NCBI GenBank assembly: GCA_030447595.1
Contig: JAUJON010000002.1
Location: 12,484 to 76,483 of the forward strand
DNA length: 64,000 nucleotides
From: Thermosynechococcaceae cyanobacterium YX3bin19
GTDB lineage: Bacteria > Cyanobacteriota > Cyanobacteriia > Thermosynechococcales > Thermosynechococcaceae
Reading direction: 5' to 3'
Part shown: positions 1 through 9,950 of the stretch, piece by piece
Numbering within the stretch: the first letter of the stretch is position 1
How the letters are laid out: every line of letters begins with the position of its first letter
Made by a program: the position numbers and the translations under genes
Notes under the pieces: model-generated
Databases searched by the model: none
Told to the model about the DNA's origin: nothing
The model's input: the letters and a program-made list of their open reading frames with translations, nothing else

Positions 1-183
1 AGCCCCGACTACAAGACCCGTCGAAAGCTACACCCTCAGTGAAGCTATCTTCATCAAGCAGGTCGCGGTGAATGGTGAGGTGCTGCCAGGTTCCTAGTGG
101 ATCAACAAATTTCAGATCGATGAGCTGAATATCATCGTTTTGAATCCATTTCAGAACATCCTGGGGGGTTTGAGCCTGAGCCA
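1..183 (-). CDS. glnA: glutamine synthetase type I, N-terminal 61 codons (gene runs off the window start)
   Basis: Not in the ORF track. Reverse-strand translation from the ATG at 183-181 gives MAQAQTPQDVLKWIQNDDIQLIDLKFVDPLGTWQHLTIHRDLLDEDSFTEGVAFDGSCSRG. This is the conserved GlnA N-terminus pattern (IDLKF.D..G.WQH ... F.DG..FDGS..RG). An NtcA-type promoter lies upstream. Confidence 0.85.
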
Positions 184-355
184 TGAATTACTCCTTAATC
201 TTGTAGCGTTCTCAAGTCTAGTAGGGGTGAGAGACTGCCTGACGTTAGCGCCAGCCAGAGAAATCTTGATGTAATTGTAAAGAGGTTATCTTAAGGCTAA
301 ATATCCATCTGTATTCATTGACATAGGAAATACGAACTTTGGACGTTGACGTACT

Positions 356-397
356 ATCGTAAAGACAGCGTCATCGCTGTTTTGTAACGTATTATAC
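356..397 (-). promoter_or_regulatory. NtcA-activated (class II type) promoter for glnA
   Basis: Perfect GTA-N8-TAC box GTAACGTATTATAC at 384-397 (extended TGTA..TACA). Exactly 22 nt away on the minus strand is TACGAT (361-356), which fits the TAN3T -10 box. The predicted TSS is about 165 nt upstream of the glnA ATG. Confidence 0.6.
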
Positions 398-624
398 AAA
401 GTTTGCTCTGTACTATTGCAACGTTTACTGTAGGGCTAAAGGATCAGCAAGACTCAAGTGGCTCCGCAGGATCTCTCTTGAGGTGGGATCAGAAATGCAA
501 GGGCGATCGCCCTGCCGTGGTAAACTTGAACTCTAGGCTTCAGGCTGAATGACTTGCTTAAACTTTAAAAAAATAAGATCCCTTGATCGTCAATAATTTA
601 ATTCAGAGTTTGAGAGAGGAACGT

Positions 625-1134
625 ATGCGGGATACAGTGACAGGTTTAATTGGCAGCTACGATCTGGCGGGTCAGTACTTAGACCGTGATGCAATTGATC
701 AGCTAAGGTCTTATTTCAATACCGGCATGGCACGGGTGCAGGCGGCTGGTATTATCAATGCAAATGCCGCTTCAATTGTCAAAGAATCAGGTAGGCAACT
801 GTTTGCTCAGCTCCCGGAGTTAATTCAGCCTGGTGGCAATGCCTACACGACCCGTCGCTATGCCGCTTGCCTGCGGGATATGGATTACTATCTCCGCTAT
901 GCGACCTACGCACTGGTCGCTGGGAACACGGACGTACTTGACGAGCGAGTTTTATACGGCTTACGGGAAACTTATAACTCTTTGGATGTTCCTATCGGAC
1001 CCACAGTCCGGGGCATCCAGATTATGAAGGAAATGGTGAAAGCGCAGGTTGCAGCCGCAGGAATTGAAAAGACTGAGTTCCTTGACCAGCCCTTTGACTA
1101 TATGACCCGTGAGCTGAGCGAACAAGATGTTTAA
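625..1134 (+). CDS. apcF: allophycocyanin beta-18 subunit (phycobilisome core)
   Basis: ORF 583..1134. The likely start is ATG 625 (MRDTVTGLIGSYDLAGQYLDR...), preceded by GAGAGAGGA. Phycobiliprotein hallmarks are present: NAYTTRRYAACLRDMDYYLRYATYALVAGNTDVLDERVL. The N-terminus is ApcF-like rather than ApcA/B-like. Confidence 0.88.
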   Translation: MRDTVTGLIGSYDLAGQYLDRDAIDQLRSYFNTGMARVQAAGIINANAASIVKESGRQLFAQLPELIQPGGNAYTTRRYAACLRDMDYYLRYATYALVAGNTDVLDERVLYGLRETYNSLDVPIGPTVRGIQIMKEMVKAQVAAAGIEKTEFLDQPFDYMTRELSEQDV

Positions 1135-1142
1135 GCACTTGA

Positions 1143-1961
1143 TTGTCTAACTTGGCAAAGCAAAGGCTTGACACCCTCCTAGTAGAACGAGGGCTTTCCA
1201 CTTCGCGGCAGCAAGCTCAGCGTTATATCTGGGCTGGAGAGGTTACTGTTGATCAGCAAGTAGTCGACAAGCCAGGAGCTGCAGTTAATTCCTCAGCCCA
1301 AATCCAAATTAAGCAGCGATCGCGCTTTGTCTCCCGTGGGGGTGAGAAGCTAGCTAAAGCTCTAGAATTCTTTCCCGTTCAGGTTAGTGGTCGTGTTTGT
1401 TTAGATGGCGGGATTTCAACCGGTGGTTTCACCGACTGCCTACTGCAGGCTGGAGTAAAGCAGGTCTACGGGATTGACGTCGGCTACGGACAGGTTGACT
1501 GGCAGTTACGCAACGACCCGCGCCTCGTGCTGAAAGAGCGTACTAACCTCCGTTATCTCCAGGCGGAGGACTTGTACTCCCTAGGACAACCCTACCCGGA
1601 TCTGGGGGTTGTGGATGTCTCTTTCATTTCTTTGACGAAAGTACTGCCGGCACTGTGGAATTTACTTAGCGTTCCACGAGAACTGGTGCTACTGGTGAAG
1701 CCACAATTTGAAGTAGGGCGTGACCGCGTCGGCAAGCAGGGGGTGGTTCGGGATAGCCAGGCTCAAGCAGAAGCCATTGTGCAGGTCCTCCAAGCCGCCC
1801 AAGGGTTAGGTTGGCAGTACGGGGGACTCACTTGGTCCCCACTCCTAGGACCAGCCGGCAATATAGAGTATTTGCTGTGGTTAAAAATGGATAAAGGTCC
1901 AATTCCAAACCTAATTCAAGTTCAGCAAGTGACCCAAGCTGCCCAGGGGGAGCTTTATTAG
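1143..1961 (+). CDS. tlyA: TlyA-family rRNA 2'-O-methyltransferase (S4 domain + FtsJ-like)
   Basis: 272-aa ORF. The N-terminal S4-like region is RLDTLLVERGLSTSRQQAQRYIWAGEV. It also carries SRGGEKLAKALEFF and the SAM-binding motif CLDGGISTGGFTDCLLQ. Confidence 0.85.
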   Translation: MSNLAKQRLDTLLVERGLSTSRQQAQRYIWAGEVTVDQQVVDKPGAAVNSSAQIQIKQRSRFVSRGGEKLAKALEFFPVQVSGRVCLDGGISTGGFTDCLLQAGVKQVYGIDVGYGQVDWQLRNDPRLVLKERTNLRYLQAEDLYSLGQPYPDLGVVDVSFISLTKVLPALWNLLSVPRELVLLVKPQFEVGRDRVGKQGVVRDSQAQAEAIVQVLQAAQGLGWQYGGLTWSPLLGPAGNIEYLLWLKMDKGPIPNLIQVQQVTQAAQGELY

Positions 1962-2117
1962 GGAACCGGGCAAGCCCTAGTTCAGGGGAAATTCTTGCAG
2001 GGAACCTAATTTGTTTTCGCCCTGTCTCTGCTTTAGGTTTGCTACATAGCGTATAACAGAATAAACAGACTGTTCTGGTGTCTACGTACTGAACTTCAAA
2101 CGTCTTTATTGGGTCCA

Positions 2118-2693
2118 ATGTCCTCTATGCCTGACAAACAAGTCCAACAACCAGACTACGAAAATCCTTGGATTGAAGGTATTAAGACCATTGGATTGAG
2201 CTTGCTTTTAGCATTTGGCATTCGTACGTTTATTGCTGAAGCCCGCTACATTCCTTCTGGCTCCATGGAACCAACCCTGCAAGTTAACGATCGGTTAATT
2301 ATCGAGAAAGTTGGCTACAGATTTGGTAGCCCAGAGCGGGGTGATATTGTGGTGTTTGACCCAACGGACACATTGTTGCAGCAAAACTTCCGGGATGCTT
2401 TCATTAAGCGAGTCATTGGACTGCCTGGAGAAACAGTTGAGGTCAAAGGAGGACGGGTCTTCATTAATGGCCGGCCCTTAGCAGAGGACTACATTGCCGC
2501 TAAACCAGACTATCAGTGGGGTCCAGAAGTAGTGGCTGAGGGCTCCTATCTAGTTCTGGGAGATAACCGTAACAGTAGTTACGACAGCCATTATTGGGGC
2601 TTTGTCCCCCGCGATCGCATTATTGGCCGAGCCATCGTTCGTTTTTGGCCGCTGGACCGCGCGGGTACTATTCCCGAGCCCCAGGAGCAGTAA
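2118..2693 (+). CDS. lepB: signal peptidase I
   Basis: ORF 2109..2693, with a probable ATG at 2118. It has one TM segment, the catalytic Ser box [10 protein letters not shown], the Lys box [11 protein letters not shown], and [17 protein letters not shown]. Confidence 0.9.
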   Translation: MSSMPDKQVQQPDYENPWIEGIKTIGLSLLLAFGIRTFIAEARYIPSGSMEPTLQVNDRLIIEKVGYRFGSPERGDIVVFDPTDTLLQQNFRDAFIKRVIGLPGETVEVKGGRVFINGRPLAEDYIAAKPDYQWGPEVVAEGSYLVLGDNRNSSYDSHYWGFVPRDRIIGRAIVRFWPLDRAGTIPEPQEQ

Positions 2694-3981
2694 ACTTTCC
2701 GGGCCGAGGGGAACACCAGGTTTGTACAGTCTGACCCACAAGCGGCTTTCCTAACCACGGGGTATTACTAGAGAGAGATTTCAGGTTTTTTGGTTCAGCA
2801 ATCCAGTGCTGTTGCGGATCAAACAGCGTCAGTTCTGCAGGTTGACCGGGCGCGATCGCGGCTGGCTGCTGTTGCAGGCAAAAGGGCAGGCCGAGAACTT
2901 AGAGCCCCCTAAGGTCCAGGGCTGTCCATTGGTTTGTCGTGACAAACCGTTGCCAAAGTATCGGCAGGGCCAGCTCCAGGCCAATGGTGCCGGGGGGTGT
3001 TTCCGCAAAGGCAACAGTCTTTTCTTCATAGGTATGGGGCGTGTGCTCCACGGCGATCGCGTCGATGATACCCGTGCGAACACCTTCAACTAAAGCCTCC
3101 TGGTCTTTTGCGTTGCCCAAAGGTGGCTCCAAGCGCAGGTTGGGGTCGTAGTTGCCTACCGCTTCGTCGTGGAAGAGTAAATGCATCCAGGAGGTACTGG
3201 CGGTGATCGGGACGCCCCGGAGTTTTGCTGCTCGAATCAGCTCAACGCTGCGAGCGCTTGAGACCCGCATGATATGCACAGGTGTGCCGACTGCTGCTAC
3301 CACTTCTAGCAGGGCAACCAGGGCAGCCGTCTCGGCGATCGCAGGACTTCCCGGCAAACCAAACCGGATGGAAGCAGCCCCTTCCCGGACAACTCCTTGG
3401 GCTGCTAGTTCCAAATTGCAAGGCCACAGGGCAACGGGTTTACCAAATGGCTGGAGGTACTCCAAAAGACGGCGGAGTAACGCTAGATTTTGCAGGGGGT
3501 AGCCATCGCTAAAGCCAACGACCCCAGCCGCTGCCATATCTTGCAGCTCTACCATTTGTTGCGCCTGAATTCCTAATGTGATCGCGCCCCAAAAGTGTAG
3601 CTGCAGCGGCTGAGCTTGCTGCTCAAACCGAGAACGCAACAGTTCTACAGCACCGGGATGATCGAGGGGCGGAGTCGTATTGGGTAAAACCGCCAAACGG
3701 GTGAATCCCCCTGCGGCGGCGGCTTTCGTTAAAGATGAGACGGTTTCTCGGGCTTCAAAGCCAGGTTCGCCGGAATGACTGTACAGATCTACAAGTCCGG
3801 GACCCAGTACTAGGCCACGGCAGTCTCGGACCTGGACCTGGTCAAGGTTCTCGGTAATCGCATCCTCAACGGCTTGAATCATGCCTTCAACAATGAGTAC
3901 ATCGCCAACGCGATCGCGCTGAGTCACTGGGTCTAGCACCCGGACTTGCTGAAGTAATTCCCTAGCTGGATTTGGCACCAT
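2668..3981 (-). pseudogene. pyrC: dihydroorotase-like amidohydrolase (class I PyrC type), frame-disrupted near the C-terminus
   Basis: ORF 2899..3981 shows an amidohydrolase fold (VDLYSHSGEPG ... HIMRVSSARSVELIRAAK ... DAIAVEHTPH). After an in-frame TAA at 2899 the same frame continues with VLGLP..APGQPAELTLFDPQQHWIAEPKNLKSLSSNTPWLGKPLVGQTVQTW. The short intervening piece (GALSSRPALL) reads in another frame beside a C5 run (2905-2909). The 3' end coordinate is uncertain. Confidence 0.7.
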
Positions 3982-4010
3982 AACTGCTGATACGTTTAGC
4001 CTGCTCCAGG

Positions 4011-5387
4011 CTACAAGGCTCCTGCTGCAGTCCGATCCAGAACACCGCCGCCTAAGTGAGTTGTAATGTTCATCGATTGCACCAGAGCGGCTCCGTCTGC
4101 CGTTGGATAGTCAATAATGCTGACAGCCCCATTTCCCTGTTTGAAGCTCCAGAATTGCTCTGGCCCCGCACCGGCAACGTGGCACAAAATCACTTTGTTG
4201 GTGGCATCGTGACCGACGACTAAGCCGACTTTGGGTGCAGCCGGATCGGCCTTTACTGACGCGACTAAACCTTCCCAGGCGGCGATCGCTCGCTCCCACA
4301 CTTGGGCTAGGTTCTCTCCTTGGGGCATCTGGACCTCGGCTGGGTGTTCTCGCCAGCGGTGGAGTTCACCTGGAAAATGCTGCTCAATCTCGGCTTCCAG
4401 CTTCCCTTCCCACTGGCCGTGACTAATCTCTCGCAGGCCATCCATCACCTGCAAACAAATATCGGGATGGTGCTTGAGAATATGTTCCGCAGTCTCCCGC
4501 GGGCGGCTCATGGGACTGCTGAGAGCAAAGTTGATCGGAACTCCCTTAAGAAATTCCGCCACTTGCTGCGCCTGTTCTCGTCCAGTGTCATTTAGGGGAA
4601 CATCAATCCCGCCTTGGAACCGTCCCTGGCGGTTCCAATCGGTTTCACCGTGCCGCACCAGTAACAGCCGTAGACCCCGGTATCCCGACCTAGGCTGGGG
4701 TAGCGCCTCCCCTAAATGGGCCGTTGAATTAAGCGACTCTAGCTGCGCCGGGTGGCCCCAGCCGCGGGGAAAATTCAGCACGCTAATGCCGCAGTTAGAC
4801 TGGTGCAAAGTCTGATACCGTTCAGGTGCTAGGCCAATGGCCGTGCCAATTAGCGCTCGATTGATACCACTGTGAGCCACCAGCAAAATGGTTTCCCCCC
4901 AGTGACGAGGTAAAATCTCCTGCCAAAACTTTTGCGCCTGCTCATACAGGGCTGGAACAGGCAACAGCAAGGTTGGACCCTCTGGCCCCGGAACCTCCAT
5001 TTGTAATAAATGTGGTTGTTCTTTCCAGTACCGGTAGCCCTCAGGAAACTTCTGCTCCACCTCAGCAAAGGAAAGACCTTCCCACAGGGGCAAAGCAATT
5101 TCCTTCAAACTGCCGACTGATCGAAGATCTGGCATCGCTCCAGTAGAACGCAGGACCGATAGGACGATCTCAGCTGTTTCCTGAGCTCGCTGCAGTGGGC
5201 TCGCATAAATTGCATCAAACTGGATGCCCTGAAGCGCGGTACCGACTTGATGAGCACCCCTGTGACCTTTTTCGGTCAAAACTGACTCATCACAGTGGCC
5301 CTGAACTCTAGCCTGAAGATTGTAGGTACTCTCTCCGTGGCGTACCAAAATTACACGAGTAGTCACCGGGCTTGATCTCCTCATCAA
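4011..5387 (-). CDS. two-domain histidine phosphatase (phosphoglycerate mutase family)
   Basis: 458 aa with two tandem His-phosphatase domains, each carrying the RHG motif (LVRHGESTYN and LVRHGETDWN). Confidence 0.8.
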   Translation of the reverse strand: MMRRSSPVTTRVILVRHGESTYNLQARVQGHCDESVLTEKGHRGAHQVGTALQGIQFDAIYASPLQRAQETAEIVLSVLRSTGAMPDLRSVGSLKEIALPLWEGLSFAEVEQKFPEGYRYWKEQPHLLQMEVPGPEGPTLLLPVPALYEQAQKFWQEILPRHWGETILLVAHSGINRALIGTAIGLAPERYQTLHQSNCGISVLNFPRGWGHPAQLESLNSTAHLGEALPQPRSGYRGLRLLLVRHGETDWNRQGRFQGGIDVPLNDTGREQAQQVAEFLKGVPINFALSSPMSRPRETAEHILKHHPDICLQVMDGLREISHGQWEGKLEAEIEQHFPGELHRWREHPAEVQMPQGENLAQVWERAIAAWEGLVASVKADPAAPKVGLVVGHDATNKVILCHVAGAGPEQFWSFKQGNGAVSIIDYPTADGAALVQSMNITTHLGGGVLDRTAAGAL

Positions 5388-5728
5388 TAGTGGGTGGATG
5401 ATCAGCGAATCTATGCCGCTTACCGCTAAATTCCACTTCAGTTTGGGGTACCAGGCTGTTTAATGCAGCGAAGGCCAGAAGAATTTTACCCTGTTTCAGC
5501 TATTTTCAGGGATGGTGTACTGTACCTTAGGACTTTTTGATTCTCTTGAAAACCCTACTGATACTAAACGAGAGCCATTTTGTCTGTTCTGAATATTGGT
5601 CAGCAGTGGTTGAGACAGGGAAGTATGGCGTTATATTAACCGTGCCTAGCAAACATATTGACACTCATGGCTCCTAGCTCGTAGTAGCTTTACCTAGCAC
5701 AAGTATTTTTTCTCAGTCTCGATCAGAA

Positions 5729-6463
5729 TCAAAACTTCAGCTCCGCTAAGCCCAGGTAGCGAATGCCTATAGGGGTAACTTCAAACCGGTAGGGCAGCAC
5801 TTCTAGACCCAGTTCCATTGCCTCTCGCAACAACTGGCCGTACAGCGGGTCTCGCTCATCCCCAGGGGCAAAGTGAGTGCAGTCTCCCCGGTTGATAAAG
5901 TAGAGCATCACTACTCGCTGGTGAGGCAGCAAGCTCACCAGTTCCCGGATGTGCTTCTGCCCTCGCGTTGTCACAGTATCGGGAAATAGAACCAGCTTGC
6001 CCTGCGCCCAGGTGGTACTTTTGACCTCAATGTAGATAGGCTGAATGTTTGCTCCTGTCAGTACAAAGTCTACCCGGCTCTTTTCTCGCCCGTAGGGAAC
6101 TTCACAGCGAACTTGCTCGTAGCCCTGTAGTTCGGGCAGCAGGAATTTTTCTAGCGCCAATTTGATCACGCGATTGGGCAGGGCGGTGTTAACCCCAACC
6201 CATGCGGGTGCATTTTCGTACACCTCAATCATCTCCCAGGTGTAGGGGAGTTTGCGCGTTGCACTTTGGCTGAAAGACACTTGGACCGGGCTGCCAGGCG
6301 TTGAGATGGCGGTCATCGGCCCCGTATTCGGACAGTGGGCGGTAATTACTTCCCCTGTAGCAAGCTCAATATCGGCAAAAAACCGCTTGTACCGCTTGAG
6401 CAGGGTACCCGGATAGAGGGTTGGATACTGGTAGAGCCAGCCTGTCATTGAGTTGCTTACCAT
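5729..6463 (-). CDS. sfsA: sugar fermentation stimulation protein SfsA homolog
   Basis: 244 aa. The SfsA N-terminal signature is LYQYPTLYPGTLLKRYKRFFADIEL. Size and layout are typical for the family. Confidence 0.85.
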   Translation of the reverse strand: MVSNSMTGWLYQYPTLYPGTLLKRYKRFFADIELATGEVITAHCPNTGPMTAISTPGSPVQVSFSQSATRKLPYTWEMIEVYENAPAWVGVNTALPNRVIKLALEKFLLPELQGYEQVRCEVPYGREKSRVDFVLTGANIQPIYIEVKSTTWAQGKLVLFPDTVTTRGQKHIRELVSLLPHQRVVMLYFINRGDCTHFAPGDERDPLYGQLLREAMELGLEVLPYRFEVTPIGIRYLGLAELKF

Positions 6464-6496
6464 TCAGATAGGGCGATCGCGATTCCTTGCTTTAAT

Positions 6497-7771
6497 TCAG
6501 GCGGCAAATCCGCATTCTTCCTTTGCCAGATCTTCTAGCTGATCGCGGGTGGATTGAGGGGCCAATTTCTTCAGCGCCGTGATTACATGCAGTCTTACCC
6601 CGGCATCGGGGTCTGCCAGCAGTTCAATCAAAGAGTGGATGGCGCTGGGTACTCCCAGCTGACCAAGACTTTGGGCTACGGATTGTTTGACGACTGCCTC
6701 TCTCGCTACTGGAGCCTCCAGTTGCAGCATGTCTGCCAACACCTGTGCTGCTTGGGACTTTAGTTCAGGTGGCTCTATCCGCCCCAGTACAGTGGCAATC
6801 TCTTGGACTATGGGTGTGGAATTCAGGGTCAGCGCCTGTTGCAAGTATTTCAAGCTTTGGGATGTTTCAATCCGGCCCAAAGCTCGGACAATAGAAATCT
6901 GTATGCCTGTGGGTGTTGTCGGATGCAGCACCTGAAAAAGGGCAACGGCGGCAGCATCCGTACCTAAGCGTCCTAAAGTAATTGCTGCTTGCTGGCAAAC
7001 CTCCAGGTTGAAGTCCCGCAGCAGCGGTTGAATTATGTTGACTAGATCTACCTCTACAAGGTCGGAGCAGAAACCCAAGCCAAACACAGCGGCCCGTCGA
7101 ACTTGTGCTGCCGGATCAGCGAGAGCGTTGACGAGAATGGGCGGCACTTGCGGATTGTGAAAGCTGCTGAGGGCTTCAATCGCCATGGCACGGACGACGA
7201 CTTGTGGGTCATGGACAACGCTGAGCAAAGGCGAAATGGTCTGAGAGTGGCGAATTTGCGACAGCGATCGCACCGCTAACAGGCGAGTGCGCTCATCTGC
7301 TAATAGATCCGTGAGGACGGGAATTGCGGAGGGTCCTAGCTTCGCCAAGGATTCGGCAGCCATGGCGGTTAAATCCGTATCCTCAGCGGTTTGCAGCAGC
7401 TCTACTAAGGCGGTTACTACCGAAGGATGCTGAAACTCTCCTAAGGTGCGGGCGGCAAACCAGCGCAATTCTAAATCTGCATCTGCGTCTGCCAATATCT
7501 CAGCCAGTGGCGCGATCGCTGCTATCCCGAGACGCGGAAAAATCTTAGCAACTCCCCATCGCTCCTGGAAGTTCCCTGCTGCTAAACAGTCTAAGGCCAA
7601 GGCTAATACTTGCTCTAAATCAGCGGTTTCTGGAACTCCTGGCTCCTGAGCTAACCCCATAAAGTCTGCCTCAGCTATGAGTTGCTGTAGGTATTGAATT
7701 AGTAAGACCCAGTTTTCTTGCTGGGCCACCGCCTGAGCCTGCTTTAAAGGATCTGACACGTTTGGATTCAC
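6497..7771 (-). CDS. HEAT-repeat protein (PBS-lyase HEAT-like repeats)
   Basis: 424 aa of repeated units of about 30 aa of the form ..VR..A..ALG.. (for example AQVRRAAVFGLGF, VVVRAMAIEALSS, AGVRLHVITALKK). Confidence 0.7.
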   Translation of the reverse strand: MNPNVSDPLKQAQAVAQQENWVLLIQYLQQLIAEADFMGLAQEPGVPETADLEQVLALALDCLAAGNFQERWGVAKIFPRLGIAAIAPLAEILADADADLELRWFAARTLGEFQHPSVVTALVELLQTAEDTDLTAMAAESLAKLGPSAIPVLTDLLADERTRLLAVRSLSQIRHSQTISPLLSVVHDPQVVVRAMAIEALSSFHNPQVPPILVNALADPAAQVRRAAVFGLGFCSDLVEVDLVNIIQPLLRDFNLEVCQQAAITLGRLGTDAAAVALFQVLHPTTPTGIQISIVRALGRIETSQSLKYLQQALTLNSTPIVQEIATVLGRIEPPELKSQAAQVLADMLQLEAPVAREAVVKQSVAQSLGQLGVPSAIHSLIELLADPDAGVRLHVITALKKLAPQSTRDQLEDLAKEECGFAA

Positions 7772-7958
7772 GGTTGCTCTAATTTATGACAACATTCGCT
7801 TCAGTTTCTGTCCCTTCAGCATTTGTGATTAGGGCATTGAGAAAGCAATATGCCCTAGCATGACTTACTTTAAGGTTCTGGCACGCTCGTCGTGACACTC
7901 GAACCGATGCCATAAATGCATTAACTCAATGCAATTGCTTCATACTCTGTAACTTCGT

Positions 7959-8000
7959 GTAACTAGTTATACAAAACTAGCGGCCTAATTTGCGTACGTT
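7959..8000 (+). promoter_or_regulatory. distal NtcA-type promoter upstream of nirA
   Basis: The box is GTAACTAGTTATAC at 7959-7972 (extended palindrome TGTA-N8-TACA). It is followed by 22 nt and then TACGTT (7995-8000, TAN3T). This would give a leader of about 245 nt. Confidence 0.55.
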
Positions 8001-8150
8001 AGGGGCGGAAGCGGACACAGTAGTCTAAACCTCTAACTTGGACATCAGCCTTAGGGTGCAAATTTGAACTATGCCGCCAAGCCAGTGGAAGTTAATTTAT
8101 CTTTCTCCCAGCTCTCGCTAAAAGAAATTACTTCATATACAACTCCGCTT

Positions 8151-8192
8151 GTAACATCCCCTACGGACTTCAGCCAGTAACCCAGGTAACTT
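8151..8192 (+). promoter_or_regulatory. proximal NtcA-type promoter upstream of nirA
   Basis: The box is GTAACATCCCCTAC at 8151-8164. It is followed by 22 nt and then TAACTT (8187-8192, TAN3T). This would give a leader of about 50 nt. Confidence 0.5.
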
Positions 8193-8250
8193 AAGCAAAA
8201 TATGCGATTTTAATGCACCAGATTAATAGGTCTACAAGGAGGGTCAATTT

Positions 8251-9825
8251 ATGACGGGAGTCGTCGAGCAAAAAAAAGTAAAACTTAATAAAGTTGAACA
8301 AGCCAAAGCTGAGAAACATCCCCTATTACTTAAGGATGAACTAGAGAATTTTGCCCAAATGGGTTGGGAGGCGCTGGAGAAGACGAACGAATTTGACCTC
8401 CATTACGGGCTCAAGTGGTTAGGTTTTTTCTATCGCACAGCGACTCCCGGCAAATTTATGATGCGGATGCGCACCCCCAATGGCATTTTGACTAGTGGAC
8501 AGATGCGGGTCTTGGGGGAAATTGTTCAGCGCTACGGGGACGAGGGCAACTCTGACATCACGACCCGGCAAAACATTCAATTGCGGCAGATCCGGATTGA
8601 GGATATTCCCAACATTGTCAAGCGGCTGCAGGAAGCTGGTATGACTTGTGTGCAGTCTGGGATGGACAGCGTTCGCAATATCACTGGCTCTCCGGTCGCC
8701 GGTCTAGACGCCGATGAATTGATCGACACACGCGGCATTGTTCGCAAACTCCAGGACATGGTGACCAATAACGGTGAGGGAAATTTTGAGCTGTCCAATC
8801 TACCCCGCAAGTTTAATATTGCGGTTGCCGGGGGGCGCGACAACGGTGTGCATGCTGAAATCAATGACCTAGGCTTTGTTCCCGCCTACCAGAACGGCAA
8901 ATTAGGATTTAATGTGATCGTCGGCGGCTACTTTGCCCCCAACAGTTATGAAGCAGCGATTCCCCTCGATGCTTGGGTTGATCCTCGGGACGTGGTTGCC
9001 TTAACAGAAGCCATCATGGTGGTCTACCGCGATAACGGGCCACGGGAGAAGCGGCAAAAGTGCCGGATGATGGTCTTGATGAACGAATGGGGCATGGAGA
9101 AGTTTCGAGCTGAAGTTGAAAAACAGCTGGGTTATCCCCTGCTAAGGGCTGCCGCAAAGGATGAAGTTTTGTGGGACAAGCGTGATTATATTGGAGTTCA
9201 TGCTCAAAAACAGTCTGGATTAAACTATGTTGGCCTGCATGTCCCGGTGGGCCGGATGTACGCCCAAGACATGTTTGACCTAGCGCGAATTGCTGAAGTT
9301 TACGGTAGCGGCGAAATTCGCTTCACGCTAGAGCAAAACCTAATCATCCCCAATGTGCCGGACTCTCGTCTGGAACCACTGTTGAAAGAACCGCTTCTCC
9401 AACGCTTTTCTCCGTATCCAGACAACTTGAACCGGGGCCTTGTTTCCTGCACCGGCAATCAGTTCTGTGGTTTTGCAATTATTGAAACGAAAAACCGAGC
9501 CCATGCCTTGATGCAGGAACTGAAGCAGGAACTGATTCAACCCCAGCCGGTGCGAATTCACTGGACTGGCTGCCCTAATTCCTGTGGTCAACCTCAAATT
9601 GCCGACATTGGCTTGATCGGTACTAAAGCGCGTAAAGACGGCCAAACTGTCGAAGCTGCGGATATCTGGTTCGGTGGCAAGGTCGGCAAGGACGCTCACT
9701 TTGGGAAAGAAATCATGAAGAAGGTCCCCTGCGATGAGCTAAAAGGGGTTTTGCGGCAGCTCCTGATTGAGCACTTTGGCGCTCGCCACAAAGAAGCAGC
9801 ACTCCAGAAGGAAGCAATCATCTAG
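8251..9825 (+). CDS. nirA: ferredoxin-nitrite reductase
   Basis: 524 aa with an AAGGAGG Shine-Dalgarno upstream. The siroheme/4Fe-4S Cys cluster is present (SCTGNQFCGFA ... WTGCPNSCGQPQIADIG). It heads the nrt genes, as in cyanobacterial nir operons. Confidence 0.95.
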   Translation: MTGVVEQKKVKLNKVEQAKAEKHPLLLKDELENFAQMGWEALEKTNEFDLHYGLKWLGFFYRTATPGKFMMRMRTPNGILTSGQMRVLGEIVQRYGDEGNSDITTRQNIQLRQIRIEDIPNIVKRLQEAGMTCVQSGMDSVRNITGSPVAGLDADELIDTRGIVRKLQDMVTNNGEGNFELSNLPRKFNIAVAGGRDNGVHAEINDLGFVPAYQNGKLGFNVIVGGYFAPNSYEAAIPLDAWVDPRDVVALTEAIMVVYRDNGPREKRQKCRMMVLMNEWGMEKFRAEVEKQLGYPLLRAAAKDEVLWDKRDYIGVHAQKQSGLNYVGLHVPVGRMYAQDMFDLARIAEVYGSGEIRFTLEQNLIIPNVPDSRLEPLLKEPLLQRFSPYPDNLNRGLVSCTGNQFCGFAIIETKNRAHALMQELKQELIQPQPVRIHWTGCPNSCGQPQIADIGLIGTKARKDGQTVEAADIWFGGKVGKDAHFGKEIMKKVPCDELKGVLRQLLIEHFGARHKEAALQKEAII

Positions 9826-9950
9826 TCTGGCACCCATTGCCTAGACGGCTACCCATCTAGACAATGGCGTGAGATAGAGAAACACCTTTTTGCAGCTTCT
9901 GGAGGACTACTCGACCTACCAATGATTCATTCAGCAATTGACAAGGACTA

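Noticed and set aside
2668-2693. Apparent 26-nt convergent overlap of the lepB and pyrC 3' ends
   Set aside because: The pyrC C-terminal reading frame is already disturbed by indels, so its stop codon, and therefore the overlap, is not reliable.
2806-3512. Several 60-116-aa ORFs on both strands (2806..3093, 2829..3089, 3152..3502, 3242..3427, 3282..3512)
   Set aside because: All lie within the pyrC-like gene and have low-complexity, Arg/Pro/Ala-rich translations. They are shadow ORFs. The same applies to the many short ORFs overlapping narB, nrtC, the P-type ATPase, mutL and other genes.
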